From Amoebidium appalachense (Eukaryota > Protista > Ichthyosporea): a stretch of 64,000 nt of DNA. The stretch covers positions 2,879,957 through 2,943,956 of the forward strand of contig CAVNZM010000016.1 in NCBI GenBank assembly GCA_963693365.1, written 5' to 3'. Positions 38,191-58,969 of this stretch are shown here, piece by piece. A program made the position numbers and the translations under genes. Under the pieces are notes generated by a model, which saw only the letters and a list, made by a program, of their open reading frames with translations, searched no databases and was not told the DNA's origin. Numbering within the stretch: the stretch's first letter is position 1; each line of letters opens with the position of its first letter.

Positions 38191-41100
38191 CACCAACCAA
38201 TTGACCAACCGACTCAGAAAACACGGAAAACGTAAACCCATGTGTGTGATTTATAGGCAGACAGACATATTTTATGAGCCGGCACACACCTCGACCATGG
38301 TTGCAATGTGGTTGCACGTGGTTGGTTTGCCTGTGGGCAGTGTGCCAGGCCAGATAACCACATGCATATGCATGCCACTTAATGCATGTGTGCAATAAGT
38401 GTGGCTGCATTGTGTTGATATCCCACTTACGTCATTACAGGACGAGGTAGGGCACAAGGTGCGCACGATGCTGCAGACGTGGGTGGAGACCTTTCTTGAC
38501 AATCCCGTGCAGTACTACGTCATATACAACACAGTGGCAGACCTCAAGAGAAAGGGTAGGTTGGGTGGGTGGGTGCCGGGTGTGGCTGTGTGGCTGTGTG
38601 GCTGTGTGGCTGTGTGGCTGTGTGGCTGTGTGGCTGTGTGGCTGTGTGGTGTGGCTGTGTGGCTGTGTGGTGTGGCTGTGTGGCTGTGTGGCCGTGTGGC
38701 CGTGTGGCTGTGTGGCTGTGGTGTGGGTGTGTGGCTGTGTGGTGTGGGTGTGTGGCTGTGTGGTGTGGGTGTGTGGCTGTGTGGTGTGGGTGTGTGATGT
38801 GGGTGTGTGGGTGTGTGGCTGTGTGGTGTGGCTGTGTGGTGTGGGTGTGTGGCTGTGTGGTGTGGCTGTGTGGCTGTGTGGTGTGGGTGTGTGGCTGTGT
38901 GGCTGTGTGGCTGTGTGGCTGTGTGGTGTGGCTGTGTGGCTGTGTGGTGTGGCTGTGTGGTGTGGGTGTGTGGCTGTGTGGTGTGGGTGTGTGGCTGTGT
39001 GGTGTGGGTGTGTGGCTGTGTGGTGTGGATGTGTGGCTGTGTGGCTGTGTGGTGTAGGTGTGTGGCTGTGTGGTGTGGGTGTGTGGCTGTGTGGCTGTGT
39101 GGTGTGGCTGTGTGGCTGTGTGGCTGTGTGGCTGTGTGGTGTGGGTGTGTGGCTGTGTGGCTGTGTGGTGTGGGTGTGTGGGTGTGTGGGTGTGTGGTGT
39201 GTTGTATGGGTGTGTGGTGTGGTTGTATGGGTGTGGATATGGGTGCGCTGTGAGACTGCTATGGGCGAGTGCTGTGTGTAGAGGGTTAGTGCTGGTGTTC
39301 GTGCTTTTAAGGGCAACGGGGAGAGAGGCATGGATTGCTTAGAATTGCCACATGCAGACAGTGCATGCACAGCACCCTGACATATATATCCGCATGCAGG
39401 GCTGATATCCCCCCACCCGCTGACACATATATCCTTGTGCACATCCCCCCACCCGCTGACACATATATCCTTGTGCATATTCCCCCACGGCTGACGCATA
39501 TATCCTTGTGCATATTTCCCCACCCGATGACACATATATCCTTATGCATATTCCCTGACCCGCTGACACATATATCCTTATGCATATTCCCCCACCCAAT
39601 GACACATATATCCTTATGCATATTCCCCCACCCGCTGACACATATATCCTTGTGCATATTCCCCCACCCGCTGACACATATATCCTTGTGCATATTCCCC
39701 CACCCGATGACACATATATCCTTGTGCATATTCCCCCACCCGATGACACATATATCCTTGTGCATATTCCCCCACCCGATGACACATATATCCTTGTGCA
39801 TATTCCCCCACCCGATGACACATATATCCTTGTGCATATCCCCTTACCCGCTGACCCATATCCTGTGCAGGCCTCATATTCCCCCATTCATTGACATATA
39901 TATGCATGTGCAGGGCTGATATTCCCGCAGGTCGACCTGGCCACCAGTGTGCCCATCACCTTCAAGGACGAGGAGGAGCACCTATCCGATCCACATGCAC
40001 CCCATATCCACACAGACACCAGCACCCAACCCCACCCACAACCCGCCACTCAACCCCCCACATTGAACACAGTCAGTCAGAGAGAGCGGTCCATAAGTGT
40101 TCCCATCCATCCTCAGGGTGGTGCAGTGCCCAGCCAAAGGCACGGCAGCACATATGGGGGGGGTGCGGATGTAGGCCAGAGGTTGGTGGGGGGGACTGCA
40201 TTTCAGAGGGCCCACTCGGATATGGCAACTGGGGGGAGGGGAAGCATGCAGGCAGACGGCAGCCTCAGGGTACGTGGGTGTATATGTGTGGGTGGGTGGG
40301 TGCAGGTGTGTGTGTGTGCTTGTGTTATTGTGTGTGTATGTGCGTGTGTATGTGTGCGTGTGCATGTGTATGTGTGTTTGTGGGGGGAGGGGAGAGGGGG
40401 GAGGGAGCCGGGGGGGGGGGGAGGGGGGGGAGGGTTGTTGGAATGTGTTTGTGTGTTTTTTGGGGGGGGGGGGGGGAGGGGGGGGATGGGTCTGACACGA
40501 AAGGCTTTCATGCCAGGATTGCATGGCATGGATGGGGCATGTGTTCTTCCTGTCCCATTGGGTCTCTGCAAACGGTAGTGGGTGCAAACAGTAGTGGGTG
40601 CAAACAGTATGGATGCATACAGTAGTGGGTGCAAAGAGTGCTGAGTGAAAACATTAGTGGGTGCAAACAGTAGTGGGTGCAAACAGTAGTGGGTGCAAAC
40701 AGTATGGATGCATACAGTATGGATGCATACAGTAGTGGGTGCAAAGAGTAGTGAGTGAAAACATTAGTGGGTGCAAACAGTAGTGGGTGCAAACAGTAGT
40801 GGGTGCAAACAGTATGGATGCAAACAGTAGTGGGTGCAAACAGTAGTGGGTGAGAACATTAGTGGGTGCAAACAGTAGTGAGTGAGAACATTAGTGGGTG
40901 CAAACAGTGGTGGGTGCAAACAGTAGTGAGTGCAAACAGGAAATGATGCACAGCATGCATGTGCCGTGCACTGATTGGTGGACACAGGGGAGGAGACATG
41001 GGTCGCTGCCATTGGTTGCCGTGCAGAGAGTCGTGCCCACGGAGGAGCAGCTGGCAAAGGTCAAACCATGCCCCCATTCCCTCCCCCCACCCCCCCTCCA

Positions 41101-41264
41101 CACACACACACGTGCATGCACGCGCGCGCGCGGACACACACGTGTACACACGCGTACAGTTAACACCCCCCCGCAGTCACCTGCCTCCAGCTTGGTTCGT
41201 CTCTGTTCGAGCGTGCAAGGGAGGCACGGAGAGGGGAAAAGTGATGGGACGGTTGAAGGGTTTC

Positions 41265-41295
<31 letters not shown>

Positions 41296-41395
41296 GGGGG
41301 CTTATTTGTGTATGAGGAGGGTGTTCAGGGTGTGGGGGGCTCTACTTATTTTGCGTGGTCCCGCCTTTGCCTGTTTTTTTCTTTTCTTTTTTTTT

Positions 41396-41426
<31 letters not shown>

Positions 41427-41456
41427 GGGTCTTGCTTCTGCGTGTCTTTTTTTTTT

Positions 41457-41487
<31 letters not shown>

Positions 41488-42211
41488 GGGTCTTGCTTGT
41501 GCGTGTGTTCCAGGGGTCTTTTGTGTGTGTGTACTCTTTGTGAGGGGGTGGAGGGAGGAGGTTGTTTGTGTGTGTGTTTTTTTGTTTTTTTTTGTGGGGG
41601 GGGGGGGGGGGGGGGGGGGGGGGGAGCGGGAGGATTTTTTTTTTTTTTTTGTGTGTGTGTTCTGAAGGAGGGGACCACTTGGGTGCTCACATAGCCTTGA
41701 TCCTTTGCAGCTGCGAGAGGACCTACTGATCGTCAAAGGCAACGTCAGGATGCTCACTGACCTATTGGCTCATATGCCTGCGGGAGAGCCCCCAGAGAGC
41801 AACGAACTGGTCATGGTAGGTGGTGGGCTCTGGTGGTGGGTGCATGGTGGAGCACTGACATGGCTGTGTGTGCGTGTGTGTGCGTGTGCGTGTGCGTGTG
41901 CGTGTGCGTGTGCGTGTGCGTGTGCGTGTGCGTGTGCGTGTGCGTGTGCGTGTGCGTGTGCGTGTGCGTGTGCGTGTGCGTGTGCGTGTGCGTGTGCGTG
42001 TGCGTGTGCGTGTGCGTGTGCGTGTGCGTGTGCGTGTGCGTGTGCGTGTGCGTGTGCGTGTGCGTGTGCGTGCGTGCGCGTGCGTGCGTGCGCGTGCGCG
42101 TGCGCGCGCGTGCGTGCGTGCGCGTGCGTGCGTGCGCGTGCGTGCGCGTGCGTGTGCGTGCGCGTGCGTGCGTGCGTGCGCGTGCGTGCGCGTGCGTGCG
42201 CGTGCGTGCGC

Positions 42212-42252
<41 letters not shown>

Positions 42253-43104
42253 CGCGCGCGCGTGCGCGCGCGTGTTGGTGCGTGTGCCTGCGTATGAGGG
42301 TGTGTGAAGGACAGAGCATTGCTTTGTGCATGTGTGCAGGGCAGAACACTGTCTGTCAGGGCATGTCTGTGGGTGCTTGCTGTGCCTGGCTGTGTGTGTG
42401 GCACATGACCCACAGGCACTGACCATAATTCCAGGACCTGTATTCAACCAACAGGGCCATGCAGCAGAGGGTCGTGGAGCTGCTGGACGTGGTGGACCAC
42501 GAGGACCTGACGGGTATGGGGGTCTGTGCACCTGCATGGGTGCACGGTGCATGGGTTTTTGGCACGGACGCATGTGGGTGTGTGTGCATGTGCATAGGGG
42601 TGTGCACGTGGGCACCTACGTGTTGTGTGCACGTGGGCATGTGTGTGCGCGTATGGGTGTGTGTACGTATGTTTCGGCATGTGCATGTCTATGTGCTTGT
42701 GGCTACACGTGTGCATGATGTGTTCTTGCACGTGTATGGGCTGTGCCTGTGTGCATGGTCATGGGATACGTTTGCAGGCACGTGCATGCAACCGTGTGGT
42801 TACTTCATGGTGAGGGAAGTGTATGGTGTGAGCACCCATGTGTGTGGCCTGTGTGTTGCACGTGCACGGGTTGCAGGCACAGCCAAGGCCCTGCATGCAC
42901 TGCAGTGGGCCACCCCCCCATCATCCATTGATCCTCCTTGCTCGTATCACCTCTCGTTCTGTCTGTTCTGCTCCCCTGCTCCATGTTCCCGTCCTCTTGA
43001 TTGTGTTCCCTTACGCTCTGTTTACACGTGCTACAATTGACCAAGCATCACACATGCACCCACACATGCTGCACAAACAAGCACCCCTGCTTGAAACTAC
43101 ACGC

Positions 43105-43186
<82 letters not shown>

Positions 43187-44933
43187 CACACACTTACAGC
43201 CGAGCTTCTAGACATCAATGATAAGCTGCTAGTGGGGTTTGCACACGTGCAGCAGGCAAGAGAGGAGGCACAGGAACTCAATGCAGACAGAGAGGACACC
43301 ACGGGGTTGGAGAGGAAGTGGAGGTGGGCGGGTGTATGGGTGTTGGGGGGGCAGGTGTTGGTTGTGCGTTGGACGTGGGTGTGGCGTGTATGGGGATGGG
43401 GGTTGGAGCGGGTGCAGGTACGGACGGTGTGTTCAATCGTGGGTGTTTGTGTGGATGGTGTGTTTTTGGCGTGTTTGTGTTGTGATGTGAATGTGTGTCT
43501 GTGTGTGCGGGAATGTTTCAGGTGTGTGTTGTTTGTTTCGTATGTGGGTGTGGTTTTTGTGGTAGGGCCGTACGGATAAAGGTGTGGTGCATGTATGTGT
43601 GATATGAGTGTAGGTATTTGTGGTGTGAGGTATTTCATGTGGTGTGTTGGGTGTATGTGTAATGTGGTGTGTTGGGTGTGTGTGATGTGTGTTGGGTGTG
43701 TGATGTGTGTTGGGTGTGTGTGTGTAATGTGGTGTGTTGGGTGTGTGTGATGTGTGTTGGGTGTGTGCGATGTGTGTTGGGTGTGTGTGTGTAATGTGGT
43801 GTGTTGGGTGTATGTGTAATGTGGTGTGTTGGGTGTATGTGTATTGTGGTGTGTTGGGTGTATGTGTAATGTGGTGTGTTGGGTGTATGTGTATTGTGGT
43901 GTGTTGGGTGTATGTGTAATGTGGTGTGTTGGGTGTATGTGTAATGTGGTGTGCTGGGTGTATGTGAAAATGTGGTGTGTTGGGTGTGTGTGATGTGTGT
44001 TGGGTGTGTGTGTGCTTATACGTGTTGTTTGGGTATGTGGGAATATGATATTCATGTATGCGTGTGTGTGGGTCTGCATGTATGGGGGTATGCCTGTACA
44101 TTTGTACCCCTGCATCTGAGGCCACCTACCCCCTTGCAGCAACCACGTGGAGCTGATGGCCGACTCACCTGCCATAGTCAGCGACACAACTGACAGCCCA
44201 TTGGAGGCCACCATGAGTGCTGTGGGTATGTGCATGGTTGGGACATAGGCCTTTTGTTTCCTTGGGTGTTTGTGCTGTTGTCGGAGAATAATGGTGCTTG
44301 CAAAAGTGTGTGTGTGTGTGTGTTGGTGGTGGTGGTGGTGGTGGGGGGGGGGGGGGGGGGGGGGGGGGGGGAGAGGGGGGGGAGGGGGTGCATGTGCAGT
44401 GTGGGTGCCTATAGGAGGATGTGTGTGTGCACATATTGGCATGCATGTGCTGTGCCTGCATGCATGCTGGGCATGTGCGTGCTCGGTGGATGTGCCCATG
44501 TCTTTGCTGTGTTTACACCCTCCTCTTTCCCAAATCAGTTTTGTGGATATCTCGTATGCATGCACCCCCCCTTGTGCCTCCCACACCCCCACCTCAAGCG
44601 GCTACTCAACAGCATTCCACCGTACCTCTGTGTCCGTACTCTGCTGTTGCCAATTACTGCTCCCAACTGAAAGAAATATGTGGCCGCTAACTCATGTGCC
44701 TGCATGCCCTCCCTCTTTACCCCCCAGTGCTGGGCCCCTCTGGCCCCCACAGCCCTGCCATGAACATCCCAAAGGCTGCAACGTGGGACCTGGCTTATGT
44801 GGCGGGTAGGTGGGAGGGTGGGGCATTGGTGTATGGTGGTTTGTGGGTGTGTGGGGTGTGGGTCAAATGAAAGCCCGAGTGTAGCGTGCAGCAGTATGAT
44901 AGTGTATGGGTGTTTGGGTGTGTGCATGTAGCA

Positions 44934-44976
<43 letters not shown>

Positions 44977-46180
44977 ATGACAGCTGGTGGGAGAGTTGAG
45001 TGGGGGCAAGTGTGCATGGCATGGCCTGTGCATGTGGGGGGAAAGTATGTGGAGGGTAGCATGGTCAGGGGCAGAGGGGTGGGGCTTGGTGTCGTGCTAT
45101 GCCTGTGTGTGTCTGCTTGGATGGGTGGTGCATTCATGTGTGTGTCTGTGTGGATGGGTGGTGCATTCATGTATGTGTCTGTGTGGATGGGTGGTGCATT
45201 CATGTATGTGTCTGTGTGGATGGGTGGTGCATTCATGTATGTGTCTGTGTGGATGGGTGGTGCATTCATGTATGTGTCTGTGTGGATGGGTGGTGCATTC
45301 ATGTATGTGTCTGCTAGGATGGGTGGTGCATTCATGTATGTGTCTGTGTGGATGGGTGGTGCATTCATGTATGTGTCTGCTTGGATGGGTGGTGCATTCA
45401 TGTATGTGCCTGTGTGGATGGGCGATGCGTGCCTGTGTGTGCCTGCTTATTCCTTCTGACGTCTGCACGCAGGCACAGGGCAGCACCCAGGCAGCAACAA
45501 CAGTGCCGCATCAGAGGGTTGTATGTGCCATCAGCCCCCCCCCCCCCCCCCCCCCCCCCATTTTCTGACCACCCCCGCCCCCCCCCCCCCCCCAACCCCA
45601 CCCCACGCAAACACACGCAAAAACAGAGTGTGAGACGTATACGGAGCTCACCCTTTACACACACACACACACACACACTCCGTGTTATCCCCCTTCCATT
45701 TAAGAAACAGCAACCAGGCCTCAAATTGGGAGCATGGAGCGATACATAGACAGCTAAAAAACCGAAGAGGGGGGCTGGGGAGGAGAGTTGGAGCAAACAT
45801 GCAGCTTACGATTACACACACGTGCAGACAGTCGATATGTGGCACCAATCAAGACACGTGCAGGCACACAGGCACCAATCAGAGCACACACAGGCACCAA
45901 TTAGAGCACACACGGGCACCAATCAGAGCACACACAGGCACCAATCAATAATCACATACAGTCGTCGTGCACTTACAGGGAGGGCAGGCTACCCCGAGCA
46001 CATGCATGTGCTGCAGTGCCCACCCATGCAAACACACACACCCCCACATATGCAGTGTCCACCATCACTCCCTGCCTGCCTTCAACCCCAACCAATGCAC
46101 GACATGCCCATTTCCCTCATGGGCTCACATCCTTTCATACCCACATGACTCCACACATTCTTCCGAAAACACACGTACAC

Positions 46181-46253
<73 letters not shown>

Positions 46254-46291
46254 CGGACGTTTTGTTCTCGTTTCCGGAGAAGAAGAAATGA
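35769..46291 (+). CDS. TOM1: TOM1-like VHS-GAT endosomal sorting protein; exons 35769-35820, 36778-36862, 37266-37341, 38000-38098, 38441-38555, 39914-40269, 41027-41059, 41711-41815, 42435-42513, 43200-~43323, 44140-44225, 44728-44805, 45473-~45520, 46254-46291
   Basis: VHS domain: FDTAIGGKIERGSEPTVQGEDWSLTLQICDLVSESDDGPLEAVAALQVRL...LLALAMLESLMANCGSRFH...LKRKGLIFP. GAT domain: EQLAKLREDLLIVKGNVRMLTDLL...DLYSTNRAMQQRVVELL...EDLTAELLDINDKL. C-terminal exons are phase-consistent but less certain. Confidence 0.88.
38580..39200. repeat. (GTGTGGCT)-type compound microsatellite
   Basis: Seen directly in TOM1 intron 5. Confidence 0.9.
39375..39930. repeat. About 36-bp minisatellite abutting the TOM1 exon 6 acceptor
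   Basis: Unit GCATATTCCCCCACCCGATGACACATATATCCTTGT, about 13 copies. Confidence 0.92.
40570..40940. repeat. About 16-bp-based tandem repeat (CAGTAGTGGGTGCAAA variants)
   Basis: Seen directly in TOM1 intron 6. Confidence 0.88.
45105..45425. repeat. 33-bp minisatellite, about 9 copies
   Basis: Unit GTGTGGATGGGTGGTGCATTCATGTATGTGTCT. Confidence 0.92.
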
Positions 46292-46382
46292 CTGAACGGC
46301 CAAATGTGGTTGGGATGTTCACAGGCCAATGAATGAATGCCTTTAGTGTTAGGCAGGTTTTGGTTGTGATTAGTTGTGTGGG

Positions 46383-46451
<69 letters not shown>

Positions 46452-46715
46452 GCCCGCGCGCACGCACGCGCACACGCACACTGCGACACACGTGTGTGCT
46501 CACACATGCCACAACACGCACACACCTCCCACACATCACATGCCAGTGTATGATTATATCTCTGAATGATCGTGAGTGCATGCACGTATGTAGGCCTGAA
46601 GGAAGTGCTAGGCACCAACCAGTCGAGTACTGTATGCATGAAGGATTCAGGGATGCAGATTTTTTGCAAATATCATTGGAGTCTCAACACTACAGGTCTG
46701 CATGTAGCCTCACTA

Positions 46716-46754
<39 letters not shown>

Positions 46755-47072
46755 CCCCCCCCCCCCCCCCCCCCCCCCGTCCTCCTCCTGTTTTTTGGCC
46801 TGTTGGTAGGTGGTAGGTTTAGCTTGCACCATGCAATGTTAGTTAGTCCCGGTGTGCACAGTTAGCCTTATTGCTATGTGAATATGGATATGAACAAGAA
46901 CAAGAATATGGTTATCATTCGCATGCGAATATGAATGTGAATACTATTGTGATTACTATTGTGGCGAGAAGAACTTGATACCAGATGCAGTGTTACATAT
47001 TGACAATCTGGGCACCGTGGTGCATATAAACTACGAGGCACTGCTGCCAAGTGCAATTACATGCATTCCCCC

Positions 47073-47134
<62 letters not shown>

Positions 47135-48526
47135 ACACACACATGCACGTACACACTCATACACCCACGGCCCAAGGCCCAAGGCCTGCTTGCACACGCA
47201 AAACACACCACAACACCACCTCCCCCCCGCATGCATGCCCCCGTAAACTTACCATGCAAGCTGCAACTGCATGGACGTGGGTATGTGGTTTTTTGCGCTT
47301 GTTGGCGTGATTCCTTAGGAACCCTGGGAAAGGCGCAGAAATACGTGTACTGAGGTGCACAGCCCTCATTTCTCGGAAAGGCCGGGGCGGAGGGGTGTAT
47401 GTGGTAGGTGGCTGGTGGTGGTGGCGGTTGGGGGAGGGTTCTTTTTTGGATCACCCGGGGATCGAGGGGTCTAGAGGGAGGGTGAGGGATGTGTTGTCAA
47501 TTTTCGACAGACACACCGTCACTGCTCTTGCAAGAGGGTTGGTGACCTCAGCAAGTTCGAACCCTGATGACGAGGGTTGGGCTGGTGTTTGGTTGGCCAG
47601 CTTAACCGTATTGTCCTTTGGCCAATCGTAACGGACAGTTTCTTAATGCTTTCGTAACGGGAGAGGTTCTTGGGGATCTGCAAGCCCAGCTAAAAACGCC
47701 CCTCCAGTCACAAAACTCAAAATACCCTTTTTAACAAATTAAGTATCGCAAAATTACAAGCCCTGGACACTTGTCGGGGCCCGATATTGCTCATGAGAAG
47801 CGCTGTAGATATGTTCTTGAACAGAAATATTGAAAAAATTAGGTACAGTTAGATATTAGGGGGCCTTAAAGCGTTTTTAATGCTATACATCTGATACGAA
47901 AGCTGTTACGACGGCACCCTAACCTTATTCGTATTGGGGTCTTTCGTTAATCGTAATCACGACGATTTTTTTTCGCAATCCCCCCCCTGCTGATGACTTA
48001 GCCACATCCAATCAACATCTTTACATATTTACCGCATATGGTTTGTCTGCACTCTTTCTATTGGTCATTCTGGCGCCGGGGTGGTATAAATTTCCAACCG
48101 CTTGGGTTTCTTCGGCACACACCTCACGGAACACAGGTGCCAGAATTAGAACAGTTTAGTGCCAGTGGCCGAGCAAACCTTCCAACTCATAGCCCGACAC
48201 ACACGCACGCACACACGCACGCACACGCAAACACTCAGACATACACGCTCACATATGCGCATGCTTGCATGCAGGCGTGCACACCCACAGGCAGACACTG
48301 CGCCCGCACACAGAAAGGCATCCCCACTGCAGATACGCACACTCACACTCACAGGCACAGGCACAGGCACACGCACACACACACGCACACACGCGAGCAA
48401 GACACACACACACACACTCACAGACACAGACACGCGCGCGCGCACACACACACATACACGCACACGCACATACACACACAGACACACACGCGCACGCACA
48501 CAGACACACACACACACACACACACC

Positions 48527-56304
<7,778 letters not shown>

Positions 56305-58569
56305 GGGGGTATGTCTGGCAGGGTATAGGTGCAGGTGAGATACCGGTGAATGCTTGTGACACAGCACAAGGGTGGTAACGACAGAGCACATAAACATGGA
56401 CACAATTAAGTAACTGAAACTTAGGTGCTACGGTTTGAGCGAAAGGCCTTTGGTTTGTGTATGCATGAATAGTTTGAATCCGGGTTGTGTTTCGGTGGCT
56501 CTGGTTAAGAATGGTGTCATATTCCTTATAATTGTTTGGTACACTGAATTCAAAAACCATTTGTGTTGTGTTGTTCCTGTCCATGATGCTCGTACTAGCG
56601 GATAGGATGATTCATCTCTGCAGGCCAGAGACAAATAAAATGTGTAGATATCATTTGGACCAATAAAACGTACATTGCACAAAATATGCCCACACATTTA
56701 TGAGTGGCACTGCCTCATAGGAATGTCGACCCGTGCATGTGTGTGTGTGTGTGTGTGTGTGTGCACCAGGGTGTGATATTTGTTTCTATGTGCCTGCCAA
56801 ACAGTGGGGGTACATGATCTGCCATGTCATAGTACACGTGTACAACACCGGCCTCGCTGCCTGTTTGAATCTGGACCGATGGTGTGTGTGTGCTGGAAAT
56901 CCTATATCATCTCGAACTGGAGGGGAAGCAGACCGGGTGGGAAGGAGCCTCGGATCATAATAAGCTTTGAAGATCCGGTGCCAACTGATGATAGACTTAG
57001 CACTAACCCCCTCCTCCCCCCTCCTCCCCCTCCCCCCCCCCCCCCCCTCCTCCTCCTCCCGACGGGCCCGGGGGCCCGGAGATATACATAGGTGATGAAA
57101 AAAGTTTAATTGTGACGTGACAATGAGTGATTACCGATCGCGATGGAAAAATGCTCAGGACTTTTGAAGTATGGTCGTTTGGCACTAGGGCTCAGTCTAG
57201 TGGAGTGTGGCTATATTATAATATGTTTTTGCATTATAACGTTGTATGCACATGCAGTCTCACAAGAACCCTCACTAAACCCCCCTCAACCCCCCCCCCT
57301 CCCCTCCCCTCTCGGCCCCACCCCCCATGTGCACCAACCGCCCACATGCACACACATACGCCCACACACGCACATCCCCACCCACCCACCCTTCCCCAGC
57401 CAGCGGAGCCGGGTAGTGGTCTTCACCTCCCCCCCTCCCCCCCCCCCCTCCCCTCCTCCCCCTCCCCCTCCCTCCGGCCCCCCCTTCCCCCAGGTCATTA
57501 CATGCAATGATTGTACATAGAACACTGGCTCCCGGTTTCAAAACCAAATAATAAAGACCCAACGTTACGCAACCTTTATCATAAGTCCATTAACACGGTG
57601 AGTCAGGCCCTCCCCCCAAGGACCCGGGTTCAATTTGCAAATAGGTTTTTTTTTCCAATCAATACCCCTGGCCCGTGCACATGTCGACGTCAGTGAGTAA
57701 TCTGGTTTGTGGGACACTGCGACATGCATGTCAGTAGTACTACGTGCACGTGCATGCAGTAGATAAATTATTACTGATTGAATAGATGGATATTAGTATT
57801 AGAGTGTGTGTGTGCAGGTGCATGCAGGGTACCGGGGCAGAATGTTGCGGGCATCAACAGCTGCCACTGCCCAGCTTGCCATCCATGGCTTCCAGCGCCC
57901 TGCCCGGGCTACGGTGGAATTTGTCAACTTGCAACTCAGGGAGCCTGCGGTTTGCAATGCCACCGCACCGGACCGTCTGCACGTGTGCAATTAAGGGTCA
58001 TGATCAGAGGATGGCGTTTCCGGTGCCCCGCGGTCTCGTGCCACAACACAAAGACCGGATAAAGGTGCACTGTCTGGCCCTACAGGTCGTGCTCTGTCTA
58101 CAGGCACTGTGGGCTACGTGACGGGCTGTAGTTGCAAGATGGTCAAGGGTTTGGTGGTCATTATTGTTTCTTTCTTATGTGCCTACTCGGTGGCCTGTCG
58201 GTGCGCGGGCGCTCATGGAAGGTCATTGGCGGATCTGAGACCCGTGACTTGCGGAATTCATCCAATCAGTAATCGACTTGAAGGAACAACCAACCAAATC
58301 GAGCCGGCTGTGGCCCGGGCTGGGCGGGGGCTACCCCCGAGTTGCTGCAGTCTAGGGGGGACATTTTCTTTCGAAGGTCTTGCCACTTTGAAGCCGCCAT
58401 TTTTCATTTCTTCAGCAGAACAGGCTATATTTTGTTTTACAAGAGTAGTTAAAATTCGCAAGTACACCTGGTACGTATCCCGCATGTGTTGATGATTTTC
58501 TGCAACTTAGCGAGCACAACCGTTTTCAGCACCGCGAGCTTGAGTTTAGGCAGACCACGTCATTCTTTT

Positions 58570-58745
58570 TCAAAGCCAATCAAATGATTTCTTATCTTCG
58601 CACTCTTGGCAGGGGTTGGCGGCTCTCTACACATAAACAGAAAACGATTGGCTCTCAGAGGTTAGCAATAAGTTATCACAAATACTTCGTTTTGATTGGG
58701 GGATAGCAGTAGTCCGAAAAACTATATAAAGCCGTCACCAAGTCG
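58570..58745 (+). promoter_or_regulatory. CCAAT boxes plus TATA promoter of the amino-acid transporter
   Basis: CCAAT about 58577, ATTGG about 58647 and 58695, CTATATAAAGCCGTCACC at 58722-58739. Confidence 0.6.
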
Positions 58746-58969
58746 GTGATCCAAACATTCGCAACAATCATTAATCACCTCTCGGTACAAAACGATAACT
58801 ATACATAAATAAACAGGCGCTGAAAGGAAAACCAATCAAAGTGAAAATAGAGGAAAGAAAAAATAAAAGAAGCATAACAGCACATAAAGAGAACTGCCAA
58901 GGAATAGAATCAATCAGACGACCCGTAACTTTTCCAACACAGTACAAACAGTAACAAAGACCGAGGAAA

